Assembly (NCBI GenBank): GCA_036002405.1
Contig: DASYTK010000041.1
Span: 1-51,473 of the forward strand
Length of the DNA: 51,473 bases
Source of the DNA: Candidatus Limnocylindrales bacterium
GTDB taxonomy: Bacteria; Chloroflexota; Limnocylindria; Limnocylindrales; CSP1-4
Reading direction: 5' to 3'
Part shown: positions 24,068 to 32,953 of the stretch, piece after piece
How positions within the stretch are numbered: the first letter of the stretch is position 1
Layout of the letters: every line of letters starts with the position of its first letter
Made by a program: the position numbers and the translations under genes
The notes under the pieces: model-generated
What the model saw: only the letters and a program-made list of their open reading frames with translations
What the model was told of the DNA's origin: nothing
Database searches by the model: none

Positions 24068-24618
24068 GCCGATGAGCCTCCTTCGGATGTCGTTGGGTGA
24101 GTATCCCTGCCCGCCGCTCGCAGGCCATGCCCGCGGCCGCCCGGGCGGCTTGCAGCGTCGTGACGGTGCGTGCTCCTCCGGCCGTCGCCTGCCCGGAGCG
24201 GAGCGGGATCGACCGGAGGCGTGGGGCAGGCCGGGTCGTGTGGCTCGCGCGCTCCGACCAGGCGCGCCAGGCGGTCGCGCTGAGCGGCGAGGACGTCGTA
24301 GCCGATCTCGGCCAGGCCGGTCGCCTCGGCGAGCCGGAACCACGGTCCCAGGAGGTGCCCACCGGGCAGAGCCTCGAGCGCCGCGAGCATCGCCCGGCCG
24401 CCGGCGACGACCTCGCCCCCATTCGTCACGGCATGGATCCGTTCGACGAGCGGATATCCCGCGGCGACCGCCGCCAGATCCGGGCGGACCCCGCCGCGTC
24501 GCGCCTCCTGGAGGGGCACGAGCGCGATCCGTCGGCGTCGGTCGAGGGACCGCAGCTGGAGGGCCGTCCAGGTGCAGAAGGCGCAGTCGCGATCGTAAAG
24601 GAGCGTCAGCGCTGCCAT
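24064..24618 (-). CDS. DCC1-like thiol-disulfide oxidoreductase (DUF393) with a long C-terminal extension
   Basis: LLYDRDCAFC (DxxCxxC), IHAVT...GGRAMLAAL, GYDVLAAQRDRL. The last ~60 aa are low-complexity. Confidence 0.8.
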   Translation of the reverse strand: MAALTLLYDRDCAFCTWTALQLRSLDRRRRIALVPLQEARRGGVRPDLAAVAAGYPLVERIHAVTNGGEVVAGGRAMLAALEALPGGHLLGPWFRLAEATGLAEIGYDVLAAQRDRLARLVGAREPHDPACPTPPVDPAPLRAGDGRRSTHRHDAASRPGGRGHGLRAAGRDTHPTTSEGGSSA

Positions 24619-24652
24619 CGCCGCGCTATCGTGACAGGCCCAGGAGGAAGGG

Positions 24653-25645
24653 ATGATGAGCGCAGCGGTCGGGCCCGTCCGCTGGGGGATCCTGGGCACG
24701 GGTCGGATCAACCGAAAGCTCCTCGAGGGAGCGCGGCAGTCGGGGCAGCTGGAGGTCGTCGCCGTGGCCAGCCGCGGGCCGGACCGGGCCGCGGCGTTCG
24801 CCTCCGAGCACGCCATCCCGCGAGCCCACGGCTCGTACGAAGCCCTCCTCGATGACCCGGGCGTAGAGGCGGTCTACATCTCGCTCCCGAATTCGCTCCA
24901 CCACCCCTGGACGATGCGAGCGCTCGCGGCGGGAAAGCACGTCCTTTGCGAGAAGCCGTACACCCGCCGCTCGGCCGAGGTCGTCGAGGCCTTCGATGCG
25001 GCCGAGCGGGCCGGTCTCGTCCTGTCCGAGGCTTTCATGTGGCGACACACGCCCCAGGTCGGACGACTGCTCGAGCTTCTGCCGCGGATCGGCCCGCTCG
25101 AGCAGGTCCGGGCGACGTTCTGCTACCGGCTCGACGACGCAACAGATATTCGCCTGCTGCCCGTGCTCGACGGCGGCTCCCTGATGGACGTCGGCTGCTA
25201 CTGCGTGAGCGGCGCGCGCCTGCTCGCCGCACGCGAGCCGGAGCGGGTCTGGGGCGAACAGGTCGTCGGTCCGAGCGGGGTGGATGTCGCGTTCGCCGCG
25301 ACGCTGCGCTTCCCCGGTGGCCTCCTGGCCTCGTTGAGCTGCTCCTTCGGGTCCCACCACATGGGCCTCGAGGCGATCGGCAGGGAGGGGACGATCCTGT
25401 TGCCCGATCCGTGGCATTCGGTGACTGGCCTGGTCATCCTGGACGGGGATGAGGCCCTTGTGGAGCCGACGAACCCGTACCGCCTGGAGCTGGAGAACCT
25501 CGGGGCGGCGATCCGCGGCCGGGCCGACCCGCTCCTGGGCCGTGCCGACGCGCTCGGCCAGGCACGCACGATCGAGGCGCTGTACCGCTCGGCGGAGACC
25601 GGAACGGCCGTGGATCCGGGTTCCCTCGGGACGACCGCCCCCTGA
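24653..25645 (+). CDS. Gfo/Idh/MocA-family oxidoreductase
   Basis: WGILGTGRI, HVLCEKP, GGSLMDVGCY. SD AGGAGG, with TATCGT upstream. Confidence 0.93.
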   Translation: MMSAAVGPVRWGILGTGRINRKLLEGARQSGQLEVVAVASRGPDRAAAFASEHAIPRAHGSYEALLDDPGVEAVYISLPNSLHHPWTMRALAAGKHVLCEKPYTRRSAEVVEAFDAAERAGLVLSEAFMWRHTPQVGRLLELLPRIGPLEQVRATFCYRLDDATDIRLLPVLDGGSLMDVGCYCVSGARLLAAREPERVWGEQVVGPSGVDVAFAATLRFPGGLLASLSCSFGSHHMGLEAIGREGTILLPDPWHSVTGLVILDGDEALVEPTNPYRLELENLGAAIRGRADPLLGRADALGQARTIEALYRSAETGTAVDPGSLGTTAP

Positions 25646-25649
25646 GCCC

Positions 25650-26609
25650 GTGACGGTCGCGGCAACGGAGGTCCGGCCGGCATTTCGACCGGCACAGCGG
25701 CGACGGATCCGAATGGCGCTGGCGGCCTGGCACGAGGGCCGGCGCCGGAGCCTCGCCTTCCGCGAAACCTCCGATCCCTACTCCGTCCTCGTCGCCGAGA
25801 CGATGGCCCAGCAGACCCAGGTCGGACGGGTCGACCCCGCCTGGCGGGCATTCCTGGCGCGCTTCCCGACGCCGGCCCGCCTCGCCGCGGCCTCGCCCGG
25901 AGACGTCCTCCGCGCCTGGGCCGGGCTTGGCTACAACCGTCGCGCGGTCCACCTCTGGCGGGCGGCTCGCGAGATCGTGGAGCAGCACGGAGGGTCTGTT
26001 CCGACCGATCGTGAGGCGCTCGAGGCGCTGCCCGGCGTCGGGCCATACACGTCGCGGGCCGTGTCGGCGGTGTGCTTCGGGATCGCGGTCGCGCCGCTCG
26101 ACACGAACATCCGGCGGCTGGTCGGGCGGCTGCTCGCGGGCTACGGCCGCCCGGGTGATCCGGGGACGCCGATCCCCCCGTTCGAGCTGCAGCGGGTCGC
26201 CGACTCGCTCGTCGATCGGGCCGCCCCGGCGGAGTGGGTACACGCGGCGATGGACCTGGGCGCGGCGGTCTGCCGAGCGCGACCCTCGTGTCCCGGCTGC
26301 CCCCTGCGCCGTTCGTGCGTCTACCCGCGGCTGCTCGCCGAGAACGGGGCGGTGGCGGGACGGGTCGCCGGAGGCACGGCCGCCCGAACGAGGAGCGCGC
26401 GGCCCTTCGCCGCCACGCGACGGTGGCTGCGCGGCCGGATCGTGGAGCGGCTCCGGGACGCGCCCGATGGCGCCTGGCTCGTTCTCGAAGGACCGATCGG
26501 CGGGCACGAGGAGCGCGCGGTGGGAGAGGCGGTCGAAGGGCTCGCGCGGGACGGGCTCCTGGAGCGCGACCGGCGAGGCAGGGTCAGGCTCCCGACGAGC
26601 GCCGGGTGA
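25650..26609 (+). CDS. mutY: A/G-specific adenine glycosylase (short C-terminus form)
   Basis: ETMAQQT, WAGLGYNRRA, HhH LPGVGPYT, LDTNIRR (Asp), and the Fe-S motif C-X6-C-X2-C-X5-C. Confidence 0.9.
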   Translation: MTVAATEVRPAFRPAQRRRIRMALAAWHEGRRRSLAFRETSDPYSVLVAETMAQQTQVGRVDPAWRAFLARFPTPARLAAASPGDVLRAWAGLGYNRRAVHLWRAAREIVEQHGGSVPTDREALEALPGVGPYTSRAVSAVCFGIAVAPLDTNIRRLVGRLLAGYGRPGDPGTPIPPFELQRVADSLVDRAAPAEWVHAAMDLGAAVCRARPSCPGCPLRRSCVYPRLLAENGAVAGRVAGGTAARTRSARPFAATRRWLRGRIVERLRDAPDGAWLVLEGPIGGHEERAVGEAVEGLARDGLLERDRRGRVRLPTSAG

Positions 26610-26651
26610 GATCGGGGAAGGCCCGGATCGGGGCGCTGCTATCGTCGGCGC

Positions 26652-29453
26652 ATGGCGCGCCCCCGTCGCGCGAACCCGGCCGTCCGCGCCGAGCCACGCA
26701 GCATCGGCTCGGCCAGGGCGCGCGATCCTCTCGCGCGCGAGGTCAAGCTCCTGGGCGCGCTGCTCGGCCAGGTCATCGTCGAGCAGGGCGGCACGGAGCT
26801 CCTCGACCTCGTCGAGCGCGTCCGCCGCCGGACGATCGCGCTCCGCCGGGGGAGCGCGCCGCCCGCCGAGCGGCGGCGCCTGATCGAGGAGCTCGACGCG
26901 CTCGAGCCGGATCGAGCCGGGCTGCTCGCCCGCGCCTTCACGCTCTACTTCCAGCTCGCGAACCTGGCCGAGGAGAAGCACCGGGTGCGAACGCTCCGCC
27001 GGCGCGAGCGAGCTGCGCCCACCGGAGTGATCGACGAAAGCGTCGCGGAGGCGATCCGGGGCCTCGTCCGCGACGGCGCGCGCCCCGCCGACCTCGACGA
27101 GATGGTCGGGCGGCTCCTGATCTGCCCGGTGCTGACGGCGCATCCCACCGAGGCCCGCCGGCGGACCGTTCTCGTGGCCCTGCGACGGATCGCCGCCTTG
27201 CTCGACCCGCTCGACGATCCCCGGCTCACGCCACGGCAGGACATGGAGCTCCGCCGCCGGCTGCGCGAGGAGATCACGACGCTCTGGCTGACGGCCGGCC
27301 TTCGGGCCGAGACGCCGAGCCCGCTCGACGAGGTCCGATCGGCGATGGTCTTCTTCGACGAGACGCTCTTCCTGGTCGCCCCCCGGCTCTACCGCGCGCT
27401 CGACGCCGCGCTCGATCAGCCCGGCGCGTCCTCCCGAATGGACCCGGCGCTCCTGCCCGCGACCGACGCGGGCGGCTCGGGCACGCGGCCGCCGCGCGTC
27501 CACGCCTTCCTGCGCTGGGGGAGCTGGATTGGCGGGGACCGGGACGGGAATCCGTCGGTGACCGCCGACATCACCCTTCGGACGGTCGAGATCCAGGCCG
27601 ACCACGTGCTCCGCGGCTACGAGCGCGTCGCCGAGCGCCTGATGCAGACGGTCGCGATCTCGGACCGGCAGGCGGGCGTGCCGGCCGGGCTCCTCGAGCG
27701 GATCGGTTCCGACGCCGCTCGGCTGCCCGGACCGGCCCGGATGCTTCGGCGCCGTTTCCCCGATGAACCCTTCCGCCAGGCGCTGGGGTTCTGCGCCGAG
27801 CGGTTGCGCCGCACGAGGGCGAGCCTCGTTGGCCGGGAGGAATCCGTCGAGCACGCCTACGCCGCCCCGGAGGAGCTCCGGAGCGAGCTCGCCGACCTCC
27901 AGCGCTGGCTCACGGAGAGCGGGGCACCGCGCGTCGCCTGGGGCGGCGTACAGGAGTTCGCCTGGCAGGTCGAGACGTTCGGGTTCCATGTCTGCTCCCT
28001 CGAGGTCCGCCAGCACAGCGCCGTGCACCGCGCGGCGCTCGCCGTCCTGCGTGAAGCGGGCGACAGGGAAGCCGAGCTGCCGGTGGGGCGGCTGAGCGCG
28101 GCCGAGGTGCTGGGGGCCTTCGGCGCGATCCGGGCGATCCAGGAGCGGTTCGGCCCCGCGGCCTGCCACCGGTATGTGATCAGCTTCACGACCGGTCCGC
28201 GAGACGTCGCCGACGTCCTGGAGCTGGCCCGGGAAGCGGGGCTCGACACGGACGCTCTCGACGTCGTCCCGCTCTTCGAAACGCTCGACGACCTCGAAGC
28301 GGCCGGGCGGATCCTGGAGACGCTTCTTGGCGATCCCGCCTATGACGCCCACGTCACCCGGCGGGGACGGCGCCAGGAGGTGATGCTGGGCTACTCCGAC
28401 TCGAACAAGGAGTCCGGCTTCCTGGCCGCGAACTGGGCGCTCTACCGGGCGCAGGCCGAACTCGTCGCTTCGGCGCGGCGTTGCGGGGTCGAGCTGACGC
28501 TCTTCCACGGCCGCGGCGGGGCGATCGGCCGAGGCGGCGGGCCCACGAATCGGGCGATCCTCGCCCAGGCCGCCGGATCGGTGGATGGACGCCTCAAGGT
28601 GACCGAGCAGGGCGAGGTGATCGCCGCCCACTACGGCGACCCCCAGATCGCCCTCCGCCAGCTCGAGCAGGCCACCCACGCCGTCCTCCTGGCGAGCACG
28701 CCCCTCCACGAGCGCCACGTCCGGGGGGCCGGGGAACGCTGGCGCTCCGTGATCGAGCGGCTCGCGGAGACCGCCCGCGCCGCCTACCGCACGCTCGTCT
28801 GGGACGACCCCGCCTTCGAGGCCTTCTTTCGCGCCGCGACGCCGATCGGGGAGATCAGCCGCCTGACGCTCGGCTCGCGTCCGGCGGGCCGAGACCGCGG
28901 GCCCGACGAGCTCCCTGCCCTGGTGGACCTGCGGGCCATCCCCTGGGTCTTTGCCTGGTCGCAGAGCCGGGCCAGCATCCCCGGCTGGTACGGCCTCGGG
29001 ACCGCCCTGGCCGAGTATCGCCGCGGGCACCGTCGGGCCGCGGACGAGCTTGCCCGGATGTACCGCGAGTGGCCCTTCTTCGCCTCCCTGCTCGACACCG
29101 CGGAGCTCATCCTCGCCCGCACGGACATGCCGATCGCCCGGGCGTACGCGGAGCTGGCCAGGGAGGAAGGCGAGTCCCGGCGGATCCGGCGGGACATCGA
29201 GCGCGAGTACCGCCGGAGCGTCGACGAGCTCCTGGCGGTCACCGGGCGCACCCGGCTTCTCGACGCGTCGCCCGTGCTCCAGCGGAGCATCGAGCTGCGC
29301 AACCCATACGTCGATTCGCTGTCCGAGCTCCAGGTCCGGCTTCTCCATCGGCTCCGCTCGCTGGCGCCCGACGACCCCTCGCGCGAGGCGCTCGAGTCGG
29401 TCGTCCATCTCACCGTCAGCGGCGTGGCGGCCGGTCTCCAGACGACTGGCTGA
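26652..29453 (+). CDS. ppc: Phosphoenolpyruvate carboxylase
   Basis: VLTAHPTE, SWIGGDRDGNP, MLGYSDSNKESG, FHGRGGAIGRGGG, LRAIPWVF.WSQSR, LRNPY. Confidence 0.97.
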   Translation: MARPRRANPAVRAEPRSIGSARARDPLAREVKLLGALLGQVIVEQGGTELLDLVERVRRRTIALRRGSAPPAERRRLIEELDALEPDRAGLLARAFTLYFQLANLAEEKHRVRTLRRRERAAPTGVIDESVAEAIRGLVRDGARPADLDEMVGRLLICPVLTAHPTEARRRTVLVALRRIAALLDPLDDPRLTPRQDMELRRRLREEITTLWLTAGLRAETPSPLDEVRSAMVFFDETLFLVAPRLYRALDAALDQPGASSRMDPALLPATDAGGSGTRPPRVHAFLRWGSWIGGDRDGNPSVTADITLRTVEIQADHVLRGYERVAERLMQTVAISDRQAGVPAGLLERIGSDAARLPGPARMLRRRFPDEPFRQALGFCAERLRRTRASLVGREESVEHAYAAPEELRSELADLQRWLTESGAPRVAWGGVQEFAWQVETFGFHVCSLEVRQHSAVHRAALAVLREAGDREAELPVGRLSAAEVLGAFGAIRAIQERFGPAACHRYVISFTTGPRDVADVLELAREAGLDTDALDVVPLFETLDDLEAAGRILETLLGDPAYDAHVTRRGRRQEVMLGYSDSNKESGFLAANWALYRAQAELVASARRCGVELTLFHGRGGAIGRGGGPTNRAILAQAAGSVDGRLKVTEQGEVIAAHYGDPQIALRQLEQATHAVLLASTPLHERHVRGAGERWRSVIERLAETARAAYRTLVWDDPAFEAFFRAATPIGEISRLTLGSRPAGRDRGPDELPALVDLRAIPWVFAWSQSRASIPGWYGLGTALAEYRRGHRRAADELARMYREWPFFASLLDTAELILARTDMPIARAYAELAREEGESRRIRRDIEREYRRSVDELLAVTGRTRLLDASPVLQRSIELRNPYVDSLSELQVRLLHRLRSLAPDDPSREALESVVHLTVSGVAAGLQTTG

Positions 29454-30286
29454 TGGCCCCTCGACGACCGCCGTTCCCGATGCGCCCGAGCGCTGGAGCG
29501 GTTCGCGAATCCCCGCTCCCGGCCGAGGACGCCTTCCTGGCCGCCGGGGGCTACGACCTCGACGCGCTCGCCGAGCGCTGGGCGAGCGCGGCCCGGCGGA
29601 CGCCGATCACCGCGGAGCGGATGCGCGGTGCCGACCGCCGGGCCCAGGGCCTGGGCATCGCCGGGGAGCGGCTGATGGAGCACGCCGGAGCCGCCGTGGC
29701 GGCGGCGGTGCGGGCACTCCTCGCCGAGACGGAGCGGACCGGAAAGGCAGCCGTGCTCGTGCTCGCCGGACCGGGCAACAACGGCGGGGACGGGTCCGTC
29801 GCCGCGCGCCACCTCGCCGCGGCGGGGCTGCGGGTCGTCGTCGTCCTCGTCGCGAGCGAAACGAGGCCGCAGACGGCGGACGCCGCGCGGAACTGGGACC
29901 GGCTCGCCGGCGCTGAGGGAGTCGACCGCCTCCAGGCCGGCAACGCCCGGGATGTCGCGGTCCTCGGTCAGGGCGTCGAACGTGCCTCGCTCGTCGTCGA
30001 CGCCCTTCTCGGGACGGGCGTCCGGGGCGCCCTGCGGGAACCGATCCGGAGCGCGGTCGAGGTCTGCCACCGCGCTCGGCGGGCGCTCGTCCCGGTCGTC
30101 TCCGTGGACACCCCGACCGCGCTCGACCTGACGAGCGGCATCCCCTCCGATCCCGTCGTCCGGGCCGACGTCACGGTCACCTTCCACCGACCGAAGGAGG
30201 GGCTTCTCACGCGCGACGGCCGTCTCCTGGCCGGGCGCGTGCTCGTGGCCCCCATCGGGATCCCGAGCGAGGCCGACCCGACGTGA
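29453..30286 (+). CDS. nnrE: NAD(P)H-hydrate epimerase (stand-alone YjeF_N)
   Basis: LMEHAG, GPGNNGGDG, VVDALLGTG, SVDTPT, ADVTVTF. TGATG overlap with ppc. Confidence 0.88.
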   Translation: MAPRRPPFPMRPSAGAVRESPLPAEDAFLAAGGYDLDALAERWASAARRTPITAERMRGADRRAQGLGIAGERLMEHAGAAVAAAVRALLAETERTGKAAVLVLAGPGNNGGDGSVAARHLAAAGLRVVVVLVASETRPQTADAARNWDRLAGAEGVDRLQAGNARDVAVLGQGVERASLVVDALLGTGVRGALREPIRSAVEVCHRARRALVPVVSVDTPTALDLTSGIPSDPVVRADVTVTFHRPKEGLLTRDGRLLAGRVLVAPIGIPSEADPT

Positions 30287-30504
30287 CCGGCCCGCCGGGC
30301 GGACCGCGACCGGTCCGCGAGGTGGGCCTGCCCCAGGTCCTCCTGGTCGCAGCCACGCTGACGGTCCTCACGCTCGCCGTCTCGCTCCTGACCGGCTCGC
30401 TGCCTGCGCTCGCCCGGCTGGTCGCCGGGCTCCCGCTCGTGGCGATCCTCCTCGTGCTGGCCACGGTCGCGATCCTCGCTGGGACGATCCGTCGCCGAGG
30501 CTGA
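30283..30504 (+). CDS. Small two-TM membrane protein
   Basis: GTGA overlap with the upstream gene, two hydrophobic helices, basic C-terminus. Confidence 0.65.
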   Translation: MTGPPGGPRPVREVGLPQVLLVAATLTVLTLAVSLLTGSLPALARLVAGLPLVAILLVLATVAILAGTIRRRG

Positions 30505-30527
30505 GGCGCCACCGGCCCGCCCGATCC

Positions 30528-32213
30528 TCAGCCGCCGCCCATCCGAACGGCCTCGGAACCCTCGCCGCCGGTGGGCACGAGCTGTCGGGCCTCGGCCGCC
30601 TGGCCGACCGGGGCAACGACGATCCTGGCGACCTCCTCCAGCTCGCCCTCGGCGAGCGGCGCGAAGCCGAGCGGCTCGTCCCTGCCACGGGCCAGGATGG
30701 CCAGCCAGATGCTGCTCCCCCGACCCAGGCCCGGTAACCTGCCCCAGCCGCCTGCCTCCTCGACGTCGGCCGCGTCGAGGACCCGGCCCGGCGGGATGAG
30801 CGACTGGCCCCGGTAGAACGGTTCCCGGCCGGAGTCCCAGTCGAAGACGGGCGCGGGCAGGGGTTCGCCCGCTTCGGCGAGCCGGTGCGCGGCGTAGGCC
30901 AGCGGAAAGTAGCTCCGGGCGTCGAGGCTGATCACGACGTCGCCGGGACCCAGGCGCGGTCGGAGGGCGACGACGAACCCCTGGGTCGGGGCGAGTCCAC
31001 GCTCGCTACGCCACTCGTCGAGCCAGAGGCCCAGCGCGATCCCCATCGGCCCCGCGAGCAGCAGCCCGATCGCGAGCAGCGCGGCCGCGCCGACGGCGAC
31101 CTCTTCGCCGGCGAATCGTCGCCCGGGGGGCAGCCTCCGTCGTCCGGCGGGCACCCTCCGGCCCGCGGCGCGAGCGCGGAGGATCGCGAAGGCCAGCTGG
31201 AACCCTGCCGCGATGGCCAGGGCGAGCGGGGCGACCACCGGGCCCAGGTAACGCGTGTCATAGATCGATCGGAATTGCGAGATCGCCCACAGCGCGAGGG
31301 GCACCGCCAGCCCCGCGAGGAGGCACCAGCCGAGCGTTCGACGCGCCCGGTCGCGCTCGAAGACGAGAGCCACCGCGCCGGAGGCAACGATGGCGAGGAG
31401 GAGGACGCGCAGCGAGAGGAAGAGGGGCAGCTCCTCTCGCCACCCCAGGAGGGCGGTCCCGAGACTGACGGTCCAGTCGAGCACGCCCGGGGTCGGGGTC
31501 CAGTAGGCCTGTCCGTTCGTGGCCACGGCGAAGAGGGCGGGCAGCCAGGGCAGGAAGGCGAGGCCGCCGAGGCAGATCGCAAGAAGGGCGGCGGCCGCGC
31601 CGGACCGCCTCCGGTCGGCCAGCAGGGCACCGAGCGCGACGACGCCCTGCAGGCAGGCGAGGGCCAGCCCCAGCGCCATCGTCCAGAGCTCTCCCGCGAC
31701 GGCAAGGGCGAGGAACAGGCCGTGGACCGCGAGCGGGCCCCTCGCGGCGACGCGACCGGAGAGGAGTCGCCAGGTGAGCCACCAGGCAGCTGCCGACAGG
31801 GCCGACTCGAGCGCGTACATCCGGGCCTCGCGGGCGTTCGCCACGGCGAGCGGGGAAAGGGCCAGCACGATCGCGGCGACGAGGCCAGGCCAAGGCCCAA
31901 GCGCCTCGTGGGCCCAGCGCCAGCCGATCGCCACGAGTGCGAGCCCCGCAATCGCCGCGGGCAGGCGCAGCGCGAGCTCCGCGTCGCCGGCGAACGAGGT
32001 CCAGGCGTGAAGCAGGAGCGCATGGAGGGGCGGGTAGGGTTGCCCGGCCGCGACCTCGAGAAGGCGGGGCAGGGGATAGCTCGATTCGAGCCAGGAGGCC
32101 GCCTCGTCGCGGAAGAGCTGCCGCTCCCCGAGGAAGAGAAGCCGGACGGCAACGGCGGTCAGTGCGATCGCGACGGCCGGCGCCGTCCACGCCAGCCGGG
32201 CGCGAGCGGTCAG
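30528..32213 (-). CDS. GT-C fold glycosyltransferase (GT39/ArnT/PMT-like), start codon non-canonical or uncertain
   Basis: First TM followed by LFRDEAASW (DE motif), PYPPL, LRLP, REARMYAL, RYLGP, many TMs. No in-frame ATG/GTG/TTG near the start. A CTG at 32213 overlaps the plsY stop as CTGA. Confidence 0.8.
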   Translation of the reverse strand: MTARARLAWTAPAVAIALTAVAVRLLFLGERQLFRDEAASWLESSYPLPRLLEVAAGQPYPPLHALLLHAWTSFAGDAELALRLPAAIAGLALVAIGWRWAHEALGPWPGLVAAIVLALSPLAVANAREARMYALESALSAAAWWLTWRLLSGRVAARGPLAVHGLFLALAVAGELWTMALGLALACLQGVVALGALLADRRRSGAAAALLAICLGGLAFLPWLPALFAVATNGQAYWTPTPGVLDWTVSLGTALLGWREELPLFLSLRVLLLAIVASGAVALVFERDRARRTLGWCLLAGLAVPLALWAISQFRSIYDTRYLGPVVAPLALAIAAGFQLAFAILRARAAGRRVPAGRRRLPPGRRFAGEEVAVGAAALLAIGLLLAGPMGIALGLWLDEWRSERGLAPTQGFVVALRPRLGPGDVVISLDARSYFPLAYAAHRLAEAGEPLPAPVFDWDSGREPFYRGQSLIPPGRVLDAADVEEAGGWGRLPGLGRGSSIWLAILARGRDEPLGFAPLAEGELEEVARIVVAPVGQAAEARQLVPTGGEGSEAVRMGGG

Positions 32214-32839
32214 CGCGGCCGCTCTTCGGCGAACGACAGCTTTCGCTCCTCGCCCCGCAGGAGGCGCGCGATGTTGTCCGCGTGTGCCAGCCAGATGAGG
32301 CCCGCCGCGGCGACCCCGTAGACGAGGGTCACGGGCGGGCTGAGGCCGGCTACGACGAGGAGCGCCAGGACTGCGACCGCCCCGGCGGTGCCCACGAGCG
32401 AGCCGAGCGAGACGTAGCGGCTCAGACCGATGACGAGGAAGAAGATCGGGGCGCTGATGAGGACCACGAGCGGCGAGATCACGAGCATCGCCCCGATGCC
32501 CGTCGCCACGCCCCGGCCGCCGTGGAAGCGCAGGTAGATCGAGCGGCTCGCGCCCAGGACCGCGGCGACACCCACGAGCGCCTCCACGAGCGCCCCGGCA
32601 TCGAGGAGCCGCGCCAGCAGGACCGGGAGGCAGCCCTTCGCGATGTCGAGCACCCCGACGACGACTCCCCAGAGCGGACCCATCGCCCGCAGCGCGTTCG
32701 TGCCGCCGGTCCGTCCGCTTCCGACCGTCCGCGGGTCGCGTCCCCCCGTCAGGCGCGCGACGACGACGCCGAACGGGATCGAGCCGACGAGGTAGCCGGC
32801 GAGGACGAGCCCCGCCGCCCGGATGGTCTCCCCGTCCAT
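32210..32839 (-). CDS. plsY: Glycerol-3-phosphate acyltransferase
   Basis: GYLVGSIPFG, DPRTVGSGRTGGTNALR, DIAKG, FHGGRGVATG, HADNIARLLRGEE. TATACT 9 nt upstream of the ATG. Confidence 0.95.
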   Translation of the reverse strand: MDGETIRAAGLVLAGYLVGSIPFGVVVARLTGGRDPRTVGSGRTGGTNALRAMGPLWGVVVGVLDIAKGCLPVLLARLLDAGALVEALVGVAAVLGASRSIYLRFHGGRGVATGIGAMLVISPLVVLISAPIFFLVIGLSRYVSLGSLVGTAGAVAVLALLVVAGLSPPVTLVYGVAAAGLIWLAHADNIARLLRGEERKLSFAEERPR

Positions 32840-32953
32840 CGCGCGGCGAGTATACGCAGGCGGGCCGCCCCAGCCATCCTCGGCGCGGTTGCGTGACCCC
32901 CTGCTCCCGCATACGCTAGGCCGGTGATCCCACTGCGGCGCGAGGCTTCCTGA

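Noticed and set aside
25434-29408. 1324-aa minus-strand ORF
   Set aside because: Antisense shadow of mutY and ppc, whose plus-strand motifs are unambiguous.
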